From Amoeboaphelidium protococcarum X5 (lineage: Eukaryota > Fungi > Aphelidiomycota): DNA of 64,000 nucleotides. The position numbers and the translations under genes were made by a program. The DNA lies in contig JALDTO010000098.1 in NCBI GenBank assembly GCA_023515725.1, positions 332,463-396,462 of the forward strand, given 5' to 3'. Under the pieces are notes generated by a model. That model ran no database searches and was not told where the DNA came from. It saw only the letters and a list, made by a program, of their open reading frames with translations. Position 1 is the stretch's first letter. Each line of letters begins with the position of its first letter. Below, piece after piece: positions 52,412 to 64,000 of this stretch.

Positions 52412-55400
52412 TCAGATCCATGAAGTCCAACCTTCATACATTTGAGCCAGCTTTTCCTTATCAGTAGCTCGCTGAATAAGTAGTTCTACCTGTTCACTTA
52501 CGTTGAGTTGTTCACCAATCGACTGCTCATTGGCACTCGCGGCTTAAAGATCCCGATCTAATCCAAAAATCTTTTCTGAAACTCGCCGCATTACCATAGC
52601 TTGTAATTTATCATTATCCAACTTTATCTACTCTGTATTAGCGTATTCTTGATCGAACAACTTCATAATCTCCAACTTGCCATGCTGAGATAATGAAATT
52701 GAAGACGACATCTCGTCGTTCATCTGTTCATTAGAACTGTCCTCATTAACAGTATCCTTCTTAGAGTCTAGTAAAATACGCGCAACCGAAGCCAGATTTA
52801 AACTCTTGAGCAATAAGGACAGATAATCAAGTATAATTTCAGAGTTATCACGTAGGATTTGCAGAATCTCAACGCATGCAGAGGTGAACTTCCCAGCTAA
52901 GCCAACACTACCGAACTACTGAACAATATTCTCAGTTAAGCGAAATGGCACAATCTCTGGTATGCGCAGCTTTTGACCCATATCAAACACCAGATTAAAG
53001 TCAATATGCACCACAGTGTTGGAAGCAAAATCAATCAATATATTGTCAAGATGTCGATCTCCAATACCAAGAATATAACTAACAATACTGGATAGAGCAA
53101 ACGATTCAGTAAGCTGCTGCTGGCAGTCATTCAACATCTTGGACGGTAGAGCCACTTTCAGGTGCTCATCAGCAATTAATCGCCGCGGGATGTCTTTACT
53201 CAGTTACCTCCAAACATTTTTGTAAACTTTCGATGGAACTTCATGGCGATGCACGTTCCTGGACAGACCAAATGATGCTAAAGACTTCCTGAACAATAAT
53301 CTCCATTGCTCCACGGGATTGGGAGGAACTACAGGCTACTACTTCTTCGAGTCATTCTGATTGAATGCTGTAGACGCCATTTTCATTTGATTATTACGAT
53401 AGAGCCCATAGAATGGGACTGCATCGGATATCCACTCAACAAGGCCACAATCATTACCTAATGGAATGATATTATAAGTCTTCAATGAGTACTTGGTGTT
53501 ACGCAGAACAGTAGCATTCAGAAACTTGAAGAATTGCATGATTCTTTGCTCGAGATTCAAATCTTCCATACCCTTCAGGAGGAATGTATACTGCTATCCA
53601 TCAGTTCCAACCATTGAGATCTTCTTGGGCTTAGTCTTGGACTGCAAAATCAAAACTTCAGGTAATAATCTCTAAATGTAAACATCAGACTGACCGGGCA
53701 CTAAAATTTGATACTCTGTCAATTCAAGTGTCAAAAATGTGGAAATATCCTCCAACTTCAATTGGCGAAGAGAGATATACGCGGCATTCATTTTCTAGTA
53801 CATAGCTTTGAATCTGTCTATCGGGTACTCCACCACAGACTCAACAGAGTCATCAAGAGGTCTCTTGAGTAATACAGCCAAAGCACGCAGAGGCTCTATA
53901 AAAGACTACTTCATTTTATTGCCATATTGATTCAAAGGGAACAACTGCTCTTGATCAGTGATGAAAGAATCCAGACTTTAGCAAAATGGCAACAATTATC
54001 TATGATACGATTCAAGTGTGAAGTTTAACTTTTAGAATGACTTTTTTACTTTGGCATTCTCAACCTCAGATTTGACAGCGCAGACAATCTTATAAAGTTC
54101 GTGCAACTTTGCAGCAGTAAAAGACATTACACTATCTTGAGGCAATACTGCCAACTTCTGAATCTCTGAATAGAATTCCAATTCATGCTATCGTCGATTA
54201 CACTCAGCAAAGCTGACTGTGTGCAAAAGGTAAGACGTATATTCGGGAAACTGGCTACACACGGCAATCAAGCAGCTACCAAGACAATCTTACAACTCTT
54301 GTATACCTATATTTTACTGCAAGCCATATATAACATCGATAAATGGAAGCCAGCGGCTGGGCGCAGATTTAACAGCATTCGAAAGCAACTTTAAAGATGA
54401 ATGATCGCCATACTGGGATAAAGTCGTGGCACATTGAAGTATGCCAGCACATATTTTATAAGATTCTGATGACTTGGCATTCTTAAGAACAGATAAGTAC
54501 GCTTTCAGAGTCTATTACATAGCAGACTAGATCTTACTAATCGCTAACGTAGACGGAGTCACTCTCATATCTTCAAGACTAATAAATCCTTAATGCTTAT
54601 TTAATCCGGCTAGAGAGCTGTACGCATATACATAATTCGAGCAAGATGACTACTCTATGATTACATCTAAAATGCACTCATGATAAAACATTTCTGCCTT
54701 TATAACTTGATCCGCTTCAATTGCAGATTCAGAGGTAACATCAGGATTAATAAAACATTCACCAGATTTAAAACACCGTTAATAGTATATAGGAGCGTTT
54801 AAGTCACCATGCACAGTATTCTACTATTGCGGTACTTCCATATTACGGCTAAAAAGATTTTATAGCTGCTTGCATTACTCTACTGACAATTGATTATTTA
54901 AAGACATAACTTCCAGCGATTACAAAAGCCCCGAAGCCAGTTAATTATTACGTGTTTAAAGTAAAATTTGACTCAAATGGGTATATATTCCAGTCCAAGA
55001 TAAACCACCTACGTTACGCTAGATGTATTATTTGAGTTCCAGGAGCAAATCAAAGTTCTCAGTCACCAGAAAAACATCTTCAAGCCTACTAGCATCCCTT
55101 CTCAGACTCAATGTAATCAAATGTGAAACTAGCTCATACGTCAAAGATCCAGACTTTACAGATTCAAAGGCAGCTATTTTGAGAGCAAGATTACTTGACT
55201 CTAATTATTACTAAAACTCTACACGCTGATCGTCATTTAGCTGTAACTTCTGCAGTAGGAGTTCAGAATTATTGAAGTTTTCAAAGGCTTCCTAACTCTA
55301 TATAGCGATAGACCGAATAACACTCTCCACATCCGCAATTTTTTATACATATCGAAGTATGAATGCATGTTACCAAGAGTTGTTCGAAAATATAGCTTCC

Positions 55401-58126
55401 AAGTTATTAAAAATCTATCGCGCTAACTCATACTCTTATCGCGTCATATGAATGGTAAACAGCAACAATGAGACATTATCCTTGGCCCACTGGCCGACTT
55501 CAGAAGCTGAGAATCCCTCAATATCATCACCAGAAGATGTATACTTTTCCATCTGCTTCATAATGCCAACCAATGCACAACAATTTCCAATTTCAACAAG
55601 ACCAGGCAGTAGCCATGAGAGTGCATTGTCCAACTCGAAAACTTCTGCATCACCAAACTTGTCGAAAGCACTAGAAAATTGAGTAAAACTATGTTCATAC
55701 AACTTCATTGCCTAATTTGTATACATGTGAGAGATTGATTTGGAGACTTGAGAGCCATCCAATCTTTAAGATATGAGTTATGCCAACTGCACAAGCTTTA
55801 TTCGCAACTAGTCGAACCATTTTAACAGCTCAGACTTGTTGTTATCAAAAAACTACACCATGGGCATCGGTAGATCAATAAGTCTTTGCAATGCAATTTC
55901 AACGTGATGCTCAAGGAATTCCATAAACGTGATAAAGTAATACGCCTTTTCAACACACAGGCCAGAGACAGAAGTATGAGAAAGAAGATGAACTAAATGA
56001 TTCAAATGTTAAGCCAGGTACTGCAGAGCTTCTCCAGGACTTTGAAAGACAGCACGCATTAACGTGAGCTGATAAAAGCGAGCACTTTCATATAGACACC
56101 AAAGCAGCGGATAGCAAGGATTTGAAGATAATACATAGTTCTGGAACGCGTCACCACTGGTCAAGCAGAAGCTACAAAATAAATCTTGCATATTCTGTAT
56201 CAAATCATCAGCTTAAGAATCCTCAGAGACATTAAACAGCCACTCAGATACCAATATGAAGTGTTGATGTCGAAAGAACTTGGATGGAGGAGACTTTGCC
56301 AATTAGCGACAGAAATCATCTTTGTGAACAGCACTCTTATTAAATGAGTTCATAAGGTGAACCAATTCCTTTGGACGACAACTAATTAGTAACAACAGCG
56401 CAGTGTCGCATACATTTGCATTGTTATGCATTATTAAACCACTTGCGAAATATACAATCTCTTGCAAACTCTCTCCACTGACTTCGATAGATTACATACA
56501 CAGTGTCAACACTTAAAGGCACTAAACCAGCATATCAACTGAAGACGATTAAGCCATCATTAACACCAATTTAAGGGTACTTGAAGATACACTTATCGTA
56601 TACTTTATAATGCAATATAATGCAAATTTCTACAACTGCATATGAGTCGACTATAACAACATCATTATTTGATCATCTATAGCACTATTTGAACCAAATG
56701 AGCATATCAATGGAGCAAAAAGCGTCAACAATTAAACACTCTTTAAGTTAATTAGCTGCGATTGCTACTAGTTGATCCCATTCTTACACTTGTTCATCGC
56801 TAGCTTCAAAAGACTCTGGAACGACTCTAGATTAGACAGAGAAGGTCCAACTAGTTACAGATAATTGAGACTATTCTTCAGTTAAGCATTACACTTGCCA
56901 GCCTTTACCAATTACTTCACAGACTTTATCTTTGCCATGATAAGTTCTCTGACAACTTAACTCGAAAGAATATCACTACCATACACAGAGCAGAGACCTT
57001 TAACAATAAAGACATTTTGAGCATGATCCTCACTCAAATACTAAAGCAATAGTTTCCCATCAGACTTTTTCAAGAGCATAATCAATGAATCGCCCACCTT
57101 ATCACTTTAATCGAACTCGAATTTACATATCAGATCAAGCACGGGCATAATAACATCAATAGAAATCGGATCAAGATAATCATTGACTATATCCATCAAA
57201 TCCACCAATGAGAATTCAATTGACTCTGGCGATGAATCCTAACTCAACTTTTACACTGTGCACTCGATCAGTCTACCATTAAGGTGTGAGGAACCTTTAA
57301 ATAGAGTTAGCACAGACTTCAAATGAGACAAGAGAGCAGCAGACTTATCATTAATTAACAGTTACTATAATGCATCTAAATCTAAATGCTTCTCAAATAT
57401 CTAAATTCTCTCACTCACATAATCCTTAGTTTCTAAAAGTCCAATAGAATCATGAGTAAAGTTAAACACAATCTCAGTACAGATGGAATAGTAGATACTC
57501 CTCTCCTTCTACTACTATTTCAAGCTTTCTAAATAATCCAGAAACTTGAATACATAATCGGCCACCTGGTTCTCTGATACCAACCCTAGAACGTGACTTA
57601 TTGTAGATTTTATCACCAAAATCTTCTAATCTACAACCAAATGCTGATAACCGGCCAACTTTCCAAGTAAATATATAATCCACTACTTCTTGGCAGAATC
57701 TTTCAATCTCAAAGTCATATTTTACTGATATGAGACATTAGGGCGTAATGGCTTCAATCTATCTTCAATCCAAGCAATGAAATGCTTCCACTCACCACCA
57801 ATAGATGACTGTATGACGATGTCAATCAACAAGTCGCAAACATGATCCTTTACTTGGTCTTACGCTTTCTAATTCTCAAAAACCAGCTCTAACGCCAATC
57901 CTTCTTACAGTAGTCTTCTATTCAAAGAAATTGCAATATTCAACACTTCCTGACGTGATATGTATTAATTCTATGCCAAAAACTTCTTCACTTGATATAC
58001 ATTGTTCTCACTAGGGAACTGAACGAGATTACGCATAATCAATCTCAAATCATTCTCACTATAACTGAAAGAGGAATATTCTGCATTATAACCTAAATTT
58101 TACTACTTTGGATTACCTCTCTTCAT
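52412..58126 (-). CDS. SMG1: PIKK kinase SMG1 (~1900 aa)
   Basis: SKTKPKK, YTFLLKGMEDLNLEQRIMQF, ILGIGDRHLDNILID, VPFRLTENI and FATC LAQMYEGWTSWI. Five track ORFs share the frame. Not every codon was checked and the start is inferred. Confidence 0.85.
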
Positions 58127-58236
58127 AATCACTAAAAAGTACTATCACTTGAAACTCAATTTAGACTATCAATCTCAGCAGGCAGCTTTAACAAAGACAC
58201 ACGAATGATATGATCGTTTGCAGTTCCCAAAGAACG

Positions 58237-58257
58237 AAAGAGAGAGAGAGAGAGAGA
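58237..58257. repeat. (GA)n tract in the divergent SMG1/GGTase promoter, followed by CGCGACGCGT
   Basis: aaagagagagagagagagaga; a similar (CT)n tract lies upstream of NMD3 (~15047-15063). Confidence 0.8.
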
Positions 58258-58437
58258 ATGCGCGACGCGTTTCATTTCCAAAATCTTTTTTCACTCCGTC
58301 CGTCTTCGTTGACTTTACAAGCTGTTATTTTATCACCTCATCTGCACTCGTCTTGTGGTTGGTACCTAGTTTCTCTATTTCAATATTTAAATATATTATT
58401 ATAAAATTTGAAGTCTCTCGGATTTTAAGTCTTAAGT

Positions 58438-59556
58438 ATGACTCAATTTTAGTTGCAGAATCATGTCAAGTATGTTCAGAGATGTATTAAATGTCTTCCT
58501 AATCCGTACACCTCCACAGACTCTAGTCGACTTACTCTTATATTCTTTGCTCTGGGGTCTTTGAAGTTGATTTGCAATGGGAATGATAATACTGCTAGTG
58601 ATTAATTTGCTTTGAATTTAGATGGTTTTAGTACCGATTAAACTGACTTTTCAAAAGAGGATTTAATAAGGTACTTGGGAGAATTCAAGTGCTAGAATGG
58701 TTTTATGGGATGTACGTAGAGTTGGAGTTTGCATGGCGATTAGATTGATCAGAGTAATTTGGCCATGACTTATAGTGCCCTTTGTCTTGTTATTAACCAT
58801 AGAATTCCGATATCTAGAATTTTAAATGAGACTGAGATATTATAGATCATGTCCAATATCGCTTAATGCTAGTGCCCAGATGGTTCCTTTATTCCCTAAA
58901 GACCAGACGCTGACAGTCAACCATTTGGATTAAGATCTTTTATGCAGCGTGGAGACATGAGATTTGTCTATTGTGCTGTCAGTATCGCGTATATCCTGAA
59001 CAAGATTGCTATGCTCGACATTGATCTTATCACCAGTTTCATACTTGGTGCGCAGTCGTATGATGGAGGCTTCGGTCAGAGGTGTGGGGAAGAGTCTCAT
59101 GGTGGTAGTACATACTGTGCCGTGGCATCTCTATCTCTTCTAGGTAGATTGGATCCAATGTCCGAGATTAAACGTGATCAGTTGTAAAGGTGGCTTATCA
59201 AGAGGTAGATTGGCGGATTTAATGGTAGATTGAACAAGGATGCTGATACATGTTATACATTTTGGATCTGTGCCTCAATGCAGATACTTGATGATCATTT
59301 TGATACGAATCTGATTGACTGTGTGGATAAACCGCTTGCGGTATCATTTCTAGAAGATACTGAATTCTAAGGCTTTGGTGGTATTGCTCAGGGTGGATTT
59401 GGTAAGGAGTAGGACGATTTTCCAGACTTGCTGCATACCTATCTCGGCCTGGCTGGCATATCTATAATGACTAAAGGCTTGAACAATCAGTTGCGTTAGC
59501 TAGATCCTCGTCTCAATGTTAATTCTGAAGATCTAACTTACTTTTAAGCTCAATGA
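58438..59556 (+). CDS. PGGT1B: Geranylgeranyltransferase type I beta subunit
   Basis: HVKY...LPNPYTSTDSSRLTL, NLAMTYSAL, DMRFVYCA, AQSYDGGFG, ESHGGSTYCAVASL, GFNGRLNKDADTCY and PDLLHTYLGLAG. Confidence 0.92.
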
Positions 59557-59678
59557 CAGACTTTACCTAGATTGATAATCTCTTTTGTTGCATAATAATA
59601 AATCAGGTATTTCATTAGTTCAGCATTTAAATTATTACAATTTTCATCATTCTACAACCGACACTACAGAGATACACA

Positions 59679-61436
59679 TCAATCAGATGGGGGACACGCC
59701 ATCCAGTCTGAGAAATATGCCTACATCTCCTGTCTAGTCTCTGCCTTGGAAGTGTTCACAGTAGGTATGATTTTACGTACTCCCACCGGTCTACCATCTG
59801 CAGACTTTACCTGATTATTGAGGCCTTGTACGAACATTTTCAAATCATTAAAGGACGAGTGTTCAGAGTATGGAATACCAAGAATAAGCACTTGTGATGA
59901 TTAAGTTACAATTTTAAACTCAGACTCTTTACTGATACTAGATGATACTTACTGCTTAGTACTACCGACGCCTTGTGATTTACTACTACTACCACCGCCA
60001 TCATTTTCAAATGTCCATCCCGTGGGCTTAATCCCGATAATGCATTTAAATTGGCGAAACTTTGTAAGATACTCACCCAGTTTATCACTTCGCAAATCGT
60101 GCATTTTGACCAAGTGCAGAGGTGTACTTAGTGGGTCGTCAGTCAATAGAGAGTTGATCCTCTCATCATCCATATACCGCAAAATTCTTCGTTTATCAGC
60201 ATCAGCATATACCTTAACACCCAAAGCTTTGGCCATTGACAAGAAAACACGCTCCTTGCCAAGAAGATACGTGCCCACAACGAATAAGACTTGAGTATGC
60301 TAAATGTCCCATATGTATTCATGAAGCGGCCGACCACCTTCACCACTTTCATTATCACTATCACCATCATCTGTATTATTATTGCTTTGCTTATTAGCAC
60401 TAAAGTAAGAAGTTATTGAATTCTACCTAGAATCTTTACGCTGATACTTTCTTCGCTTGTTACCGACAGTCTGTGTATAACCAAGATCTTTGACAATAGT
60501 ATCCAAAATACAAGTACTGTTATTACCAGATACAGAAGATGAAGATTTTGTAGAACCGACACCACTTTACTCATATTTAAGCACCAGCTTACACAAAGAT
60601 TAAATCTAGCCCAAAACCACTTCTTAGGATGGAAAAGTGTATTAAGACTTGCAATAGGTGGTATCTAGATAGAGAATGTCAATCGGTCGTGACAATTACA
60701 GACTCTAGTGTTATAAATGAAGCTAATGCGCACGAAAGTCGCCCGTGTGTAGAATGAGTTGACTTCTCTGAGTAGACACGGGAACACGAAACAATACGAT
60801 GGCACTACCAGGACAATGATTAGCATCTATAAACTCAAACTCAACACCACACACCTCGTACAGAGTATTCAATTCAACATCTTACACAAAAGCAGGATTA
60901 ACCTTGAGCTTATTCCTAACAAAGTTCCCAGTAATCTTGGTGCAGATGATAAGACCATGGTCAAATTTAGCAGATAGATGAGTATAATGATCGGCATGGG
61001 CATGCGTAAGGAAATAGCATTTAACATCTGGAATTCGACCATAATTGAACGCGTCCACAGCAAAACAAGTGTTGGGAATCTTTTTATAAAATGGCATTTC
61101 TCGCGATAATTTCTGTGGTTAAGGATCAACGTCATTACTATTGTTCAACATTTAAGCGGAGAAAATTGGGTGATTTAGAGCAGTTTTAGCCATTCTAGCA
61201 GTTTATGACTTATCACGGACTTGCTATATTTTCATAAGTGGAGAGTTAAAGTCTTCAAACTTGATCTCATTTACACCACCTTTGAGTTATTTAATCTGAT
61301 GATTAGCAGAACTTTTTCTCTTCTCTGTCCTGTCCTTCACAGAGTGAGAATCAATACATGAATTGACGTGTTAGAGAGTCTTCTATTCATCCATGCCAGC
61401 TAGAGATTAATTACAAACAGGACATTCCACAGTCAT
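59679..61436 (-). CDS. PSO2: SNM1A/Pso2 DNA cross-link repair nuclease (UBZ + MBL/beta-CASP)
   Basis: CPVC...HVNSCID, CPFYKKIP, YFLTHAHADHY, DANHCPG, HTGDFR, LYLDTTY, GTYLLGKE, KPTGW and IPYSEHSS. Confidence 0.92.
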
Positions 61437-61727
61437 TGTATGTTTGAGACGGGTAGTTTATGTGCTTCGAATAGAGTGACGTTTTTGACTGTTTCGTTCA
61501 TTCGAGAGACAAAGAGAGAAGAGTCAAAAGAGAAATCTTCGATCGTTTCAACTCGAATAGAAAATCGCAAAGCTTTTGAAACAGAAAACGATGATCTTCA
61601 ATGATAAGCAAGATGTGCAGTAGATCATACTACAGTATGTAAATCATTGAAAGCAATTTATTGTTTTATAGTCATTTAACAATTGTGCGCAATTTCATGT
61701 AGCCTTCCCAACTTAATACTCAAAATA

Positions 61728-62828
61728 TCACTTTTACTGCTTCATCAACTTTTTCATTTGATGCTTGCTCTTCCATTTCCCCATCTGACCTGTGCCACCA
61801 GTTTTCATTGGCTACTGTTGAGACCATTGACCAGGTTAATAGCTCGTAGGGATGTACTGCTAAGGCTACTGTGGATACAATGATTGAGGGACGTACTGGG
61901 ATGATTGTTAGATTGCAGCAGCTGGATACCATTGCTACTACTGCAATCCAGTAGCTTGACCGAATGACATTGGTTAATAGCCACCGCCAGTACCACTGCC
62001 TCCTCCAAGTCCGTACTATTATCCCTGAGGCAGAGACACTGGCTGATACGATTGTGGTAATGCTTATCCCAACAGAGCAGATTAGCCACCTGGCTATTGG
62101 AACTGACCACCCATTTCTGGAGCATATTCTTGAGAATATCCTCCTACACAGCCACCACCCAAAGCTTGCTAACTCCAACCTCCTTGCCATTATTGCGAAC
62201 CAGAGCCAACTTACTGCTCCAATGGCATCGATTCAGATGCAACAACATAAGGAGTCTACTACTACTGAATCAAAGGCAGAGACTGTACAACTGCTGGTAG
62301 AACGCGCGGTGCTTCAATGACACGCTCCAGTATTGGCTAACTCAGCTACAGCAACTGCGTCTGATACACATCCCGCTCAATGATGGGCACCACTTCTTGG
62401 ATCACGCGCGTTTGCACTGTCTCAGTCACCACCGGTGCAGTTTCACGCTCCAATTGCTCAACTTGGATGCCTTGCTACGTGGGTGGTAGATGACGCGTCA
62501 CTTCTTGCTGCACCAGCTAATTCACGTCAGTCTAGCTCAGCGCGCGATACTCTGCATTCAGAGCGGGCAGTTGCTGTTAGAATACTTATTAAGGCTGAAC
62601 CATAGTCTCCCATCTTCTTTGAATCACTGGGCGTACCAGCCGAATCTGACGCTCACGGTGAATTTGGGGATTCACCTCTTTGATGTTGGTGACATGCTGA
62701 CGCTCAACAACAATAGGAGTTTGTTCGATTACTTAGTCCACTTGTTACTCCTAAATGTCGTAATGATCGATCTCAGGAACGCCTTCCTACTTTGTACTTT
62801 CCTATTTGTTCTACATTTCCATTTCCAT
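61728..62828 (-). CDS. V/E/Q/P-rich beta-strand repeat protein (fungal 'allergen'-like) with Q/G/Y-rich low-complexity tail
   Basis: TPIVVERQHVTNIKEVNPQIHRE...APVVTETVQTRVIQEVVPIIERDVYQ; ATG 62828 to TGA 61728. Confidence 0.65.
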
Positions 62829-63477
62829 TCAGATTACTTGATAGATTGGCTAAGCAGTTTGCAGAGAATACTTAAAGAAGTCAGAGCCATGAAATAAAGC
62901 ATCGTAGTGATTATTCGCAGCGTTTAAATGTGTACTTTCATCTTGTCATCACGTTGCAGAACTCTCTCTACGTTTTCCGATATCAGTTGAAATATGGACG
63001 CGCCTAAGACGATCATCGCTGCGTCGTTAAGATTCCACATTACATTCACAACGCACGGCGACTGGCTATGAATAATTGCTGGTTCAAAGTTTCTAACGCT
63101 TTCAGATTCAGAGCTCATTTACTTTCGTTTATTTCTGCAGTTAGTGTTCACTCAAGCTGATAAGAGTGTTTTTAAATGGAATTTTGTACTTCAGTTTCAA
63201 CTACCAAAGACGGAGGCTTGGCGTGATACACCGTCTAAATTATGATTAAAAATAAATATTGAAATTTTAATTTCTGTATATATTTTCGGTACCATCGTCT
63301 ATGAAATCTATCATTTATATTCTAATAAACCATATTGTGGAATCTTGCAAAGGCACAGAATGTCTATCAGTTGCTTTCTTAGTTCTGGAAGATGCGACAT
63401 TGAGTTAACCATGAACAAAGACATCATTAGGAAGAAAAATTCCACAGCGCTTAGGACTTTAGCGTTATGATTCGTGA

Positions 63478-64000
63478 ATACTCATACCACACAAGGTGTG
63501 ATACACTTTAGCGAAACACCACACAAAGTGTGAGGCATTCACTAAAGCGATAAAATAAGATTTAGCTGCATTAAATAACACTTTTCTAGTATAATCGAAC
63601 CTCCCCTATCATTGAAAAGTAACCGCAAGTGCAGAACACCTCTTGCTGAGAAAATACTCATACCACACAAGGTGTGATGTACTTTAGGGAAACACCACAC
63701 AAAGTGTGAGGCATTCACTAAAGCGATAAAATAAGATTTAGCAGCATTAAATTACACTTTTCTATTATACTCGAGTCTCCTCTTTCATTTAAAAGTAACC
63801 GCAAATGCAGAACACTTCTCGCTTGGAAATTACTTATACCACACAAGGTGTGATGTACTTTAGGGAAACGCATCACAAGGTGTGAGGCATTGCCAAACCG
63901 CGATAAAATAAGATTTAGCTGCATTAAATTACACTTTTCTAGTATAATCGAACCTCCCCTATCATTGAAAAGTAACCGCAAGTGCAGAACACCTCTCGCT
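63478..64000. repeat. Tandem array, 176-177 bp unit, at least 3 copies, truncated by the window end
   Basis: Units start at 63481, 63657 and 63833 (ctMataccacacaaggtgtgat...). Confidence 0.95.

Noticed and set aside
1-62828. Mass pseudogenisation or sequencing error as the cause of the frequent in-frame stops
   Set aside because: Interruptions in conserved genes are only TAA/TAG, never TGA. They fall on Gln positions, and frames stay intact in essential genes.
62924-63118. Track ORF MSSESES...
   Set aside because: Under table 6 it would run out of frame into the gene starting at 62828, and it has no recognisable motifs.
63478-64000. CRISPR array or protein-coding repeat
   Set aside because: Whole units are repeated with no unique spacers and no cas genes. 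Two units are 176 bp, which breaks the 59-aa minus-strand frame.
1-64000. tRNA (including suppressor tRNA-Gln), rRNA or snRNA genes
   Set aside because: None recognised by eye; tRNAscan-SE or Infernal would be needed to exclude them.

Overview
Gene-dense eukaryotic DNA with about 33 protein-coding genes, short GT-AG introns (55-87 nt) and very short intergenic spacers. The key to reading it is a non-standard genetic code: TAA and TAG encode glutamine and only TGA terminates (translation table 6). The supplied standard-code ORF track therefore shows only fragments and shadow ORFs. Re-read with TAR=Gln, the window yields complete genes for guanine deaminase, class I aldolase, NMD3, clathrin light chain, MSH1, a TTC7/Ypp1-like protein, U2A', a WRN-type exonuclease, TRM44, a RING+PHD protein, TMEM135, a SET protein, a FAS1 protein, a SUN protein, WSS1, cullin-1, ADI1, a DUSP, SMG1, GGTase-I beta and SNM1/PSO2. 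Fungal-like genes together with class I aldolase, SMG1 and this code suggest an early-branching fungal relative such as the aphelid Amoeboaphelidium (inference). Accessory content includes bacterial-looking intronless genes, candidate secreted effectors and adhesins, a decayed Ty3/Gypsy element, and a ~176-bp tandem array with paired palindromes at the right edge. All translations were done by eye and no database searches were run.
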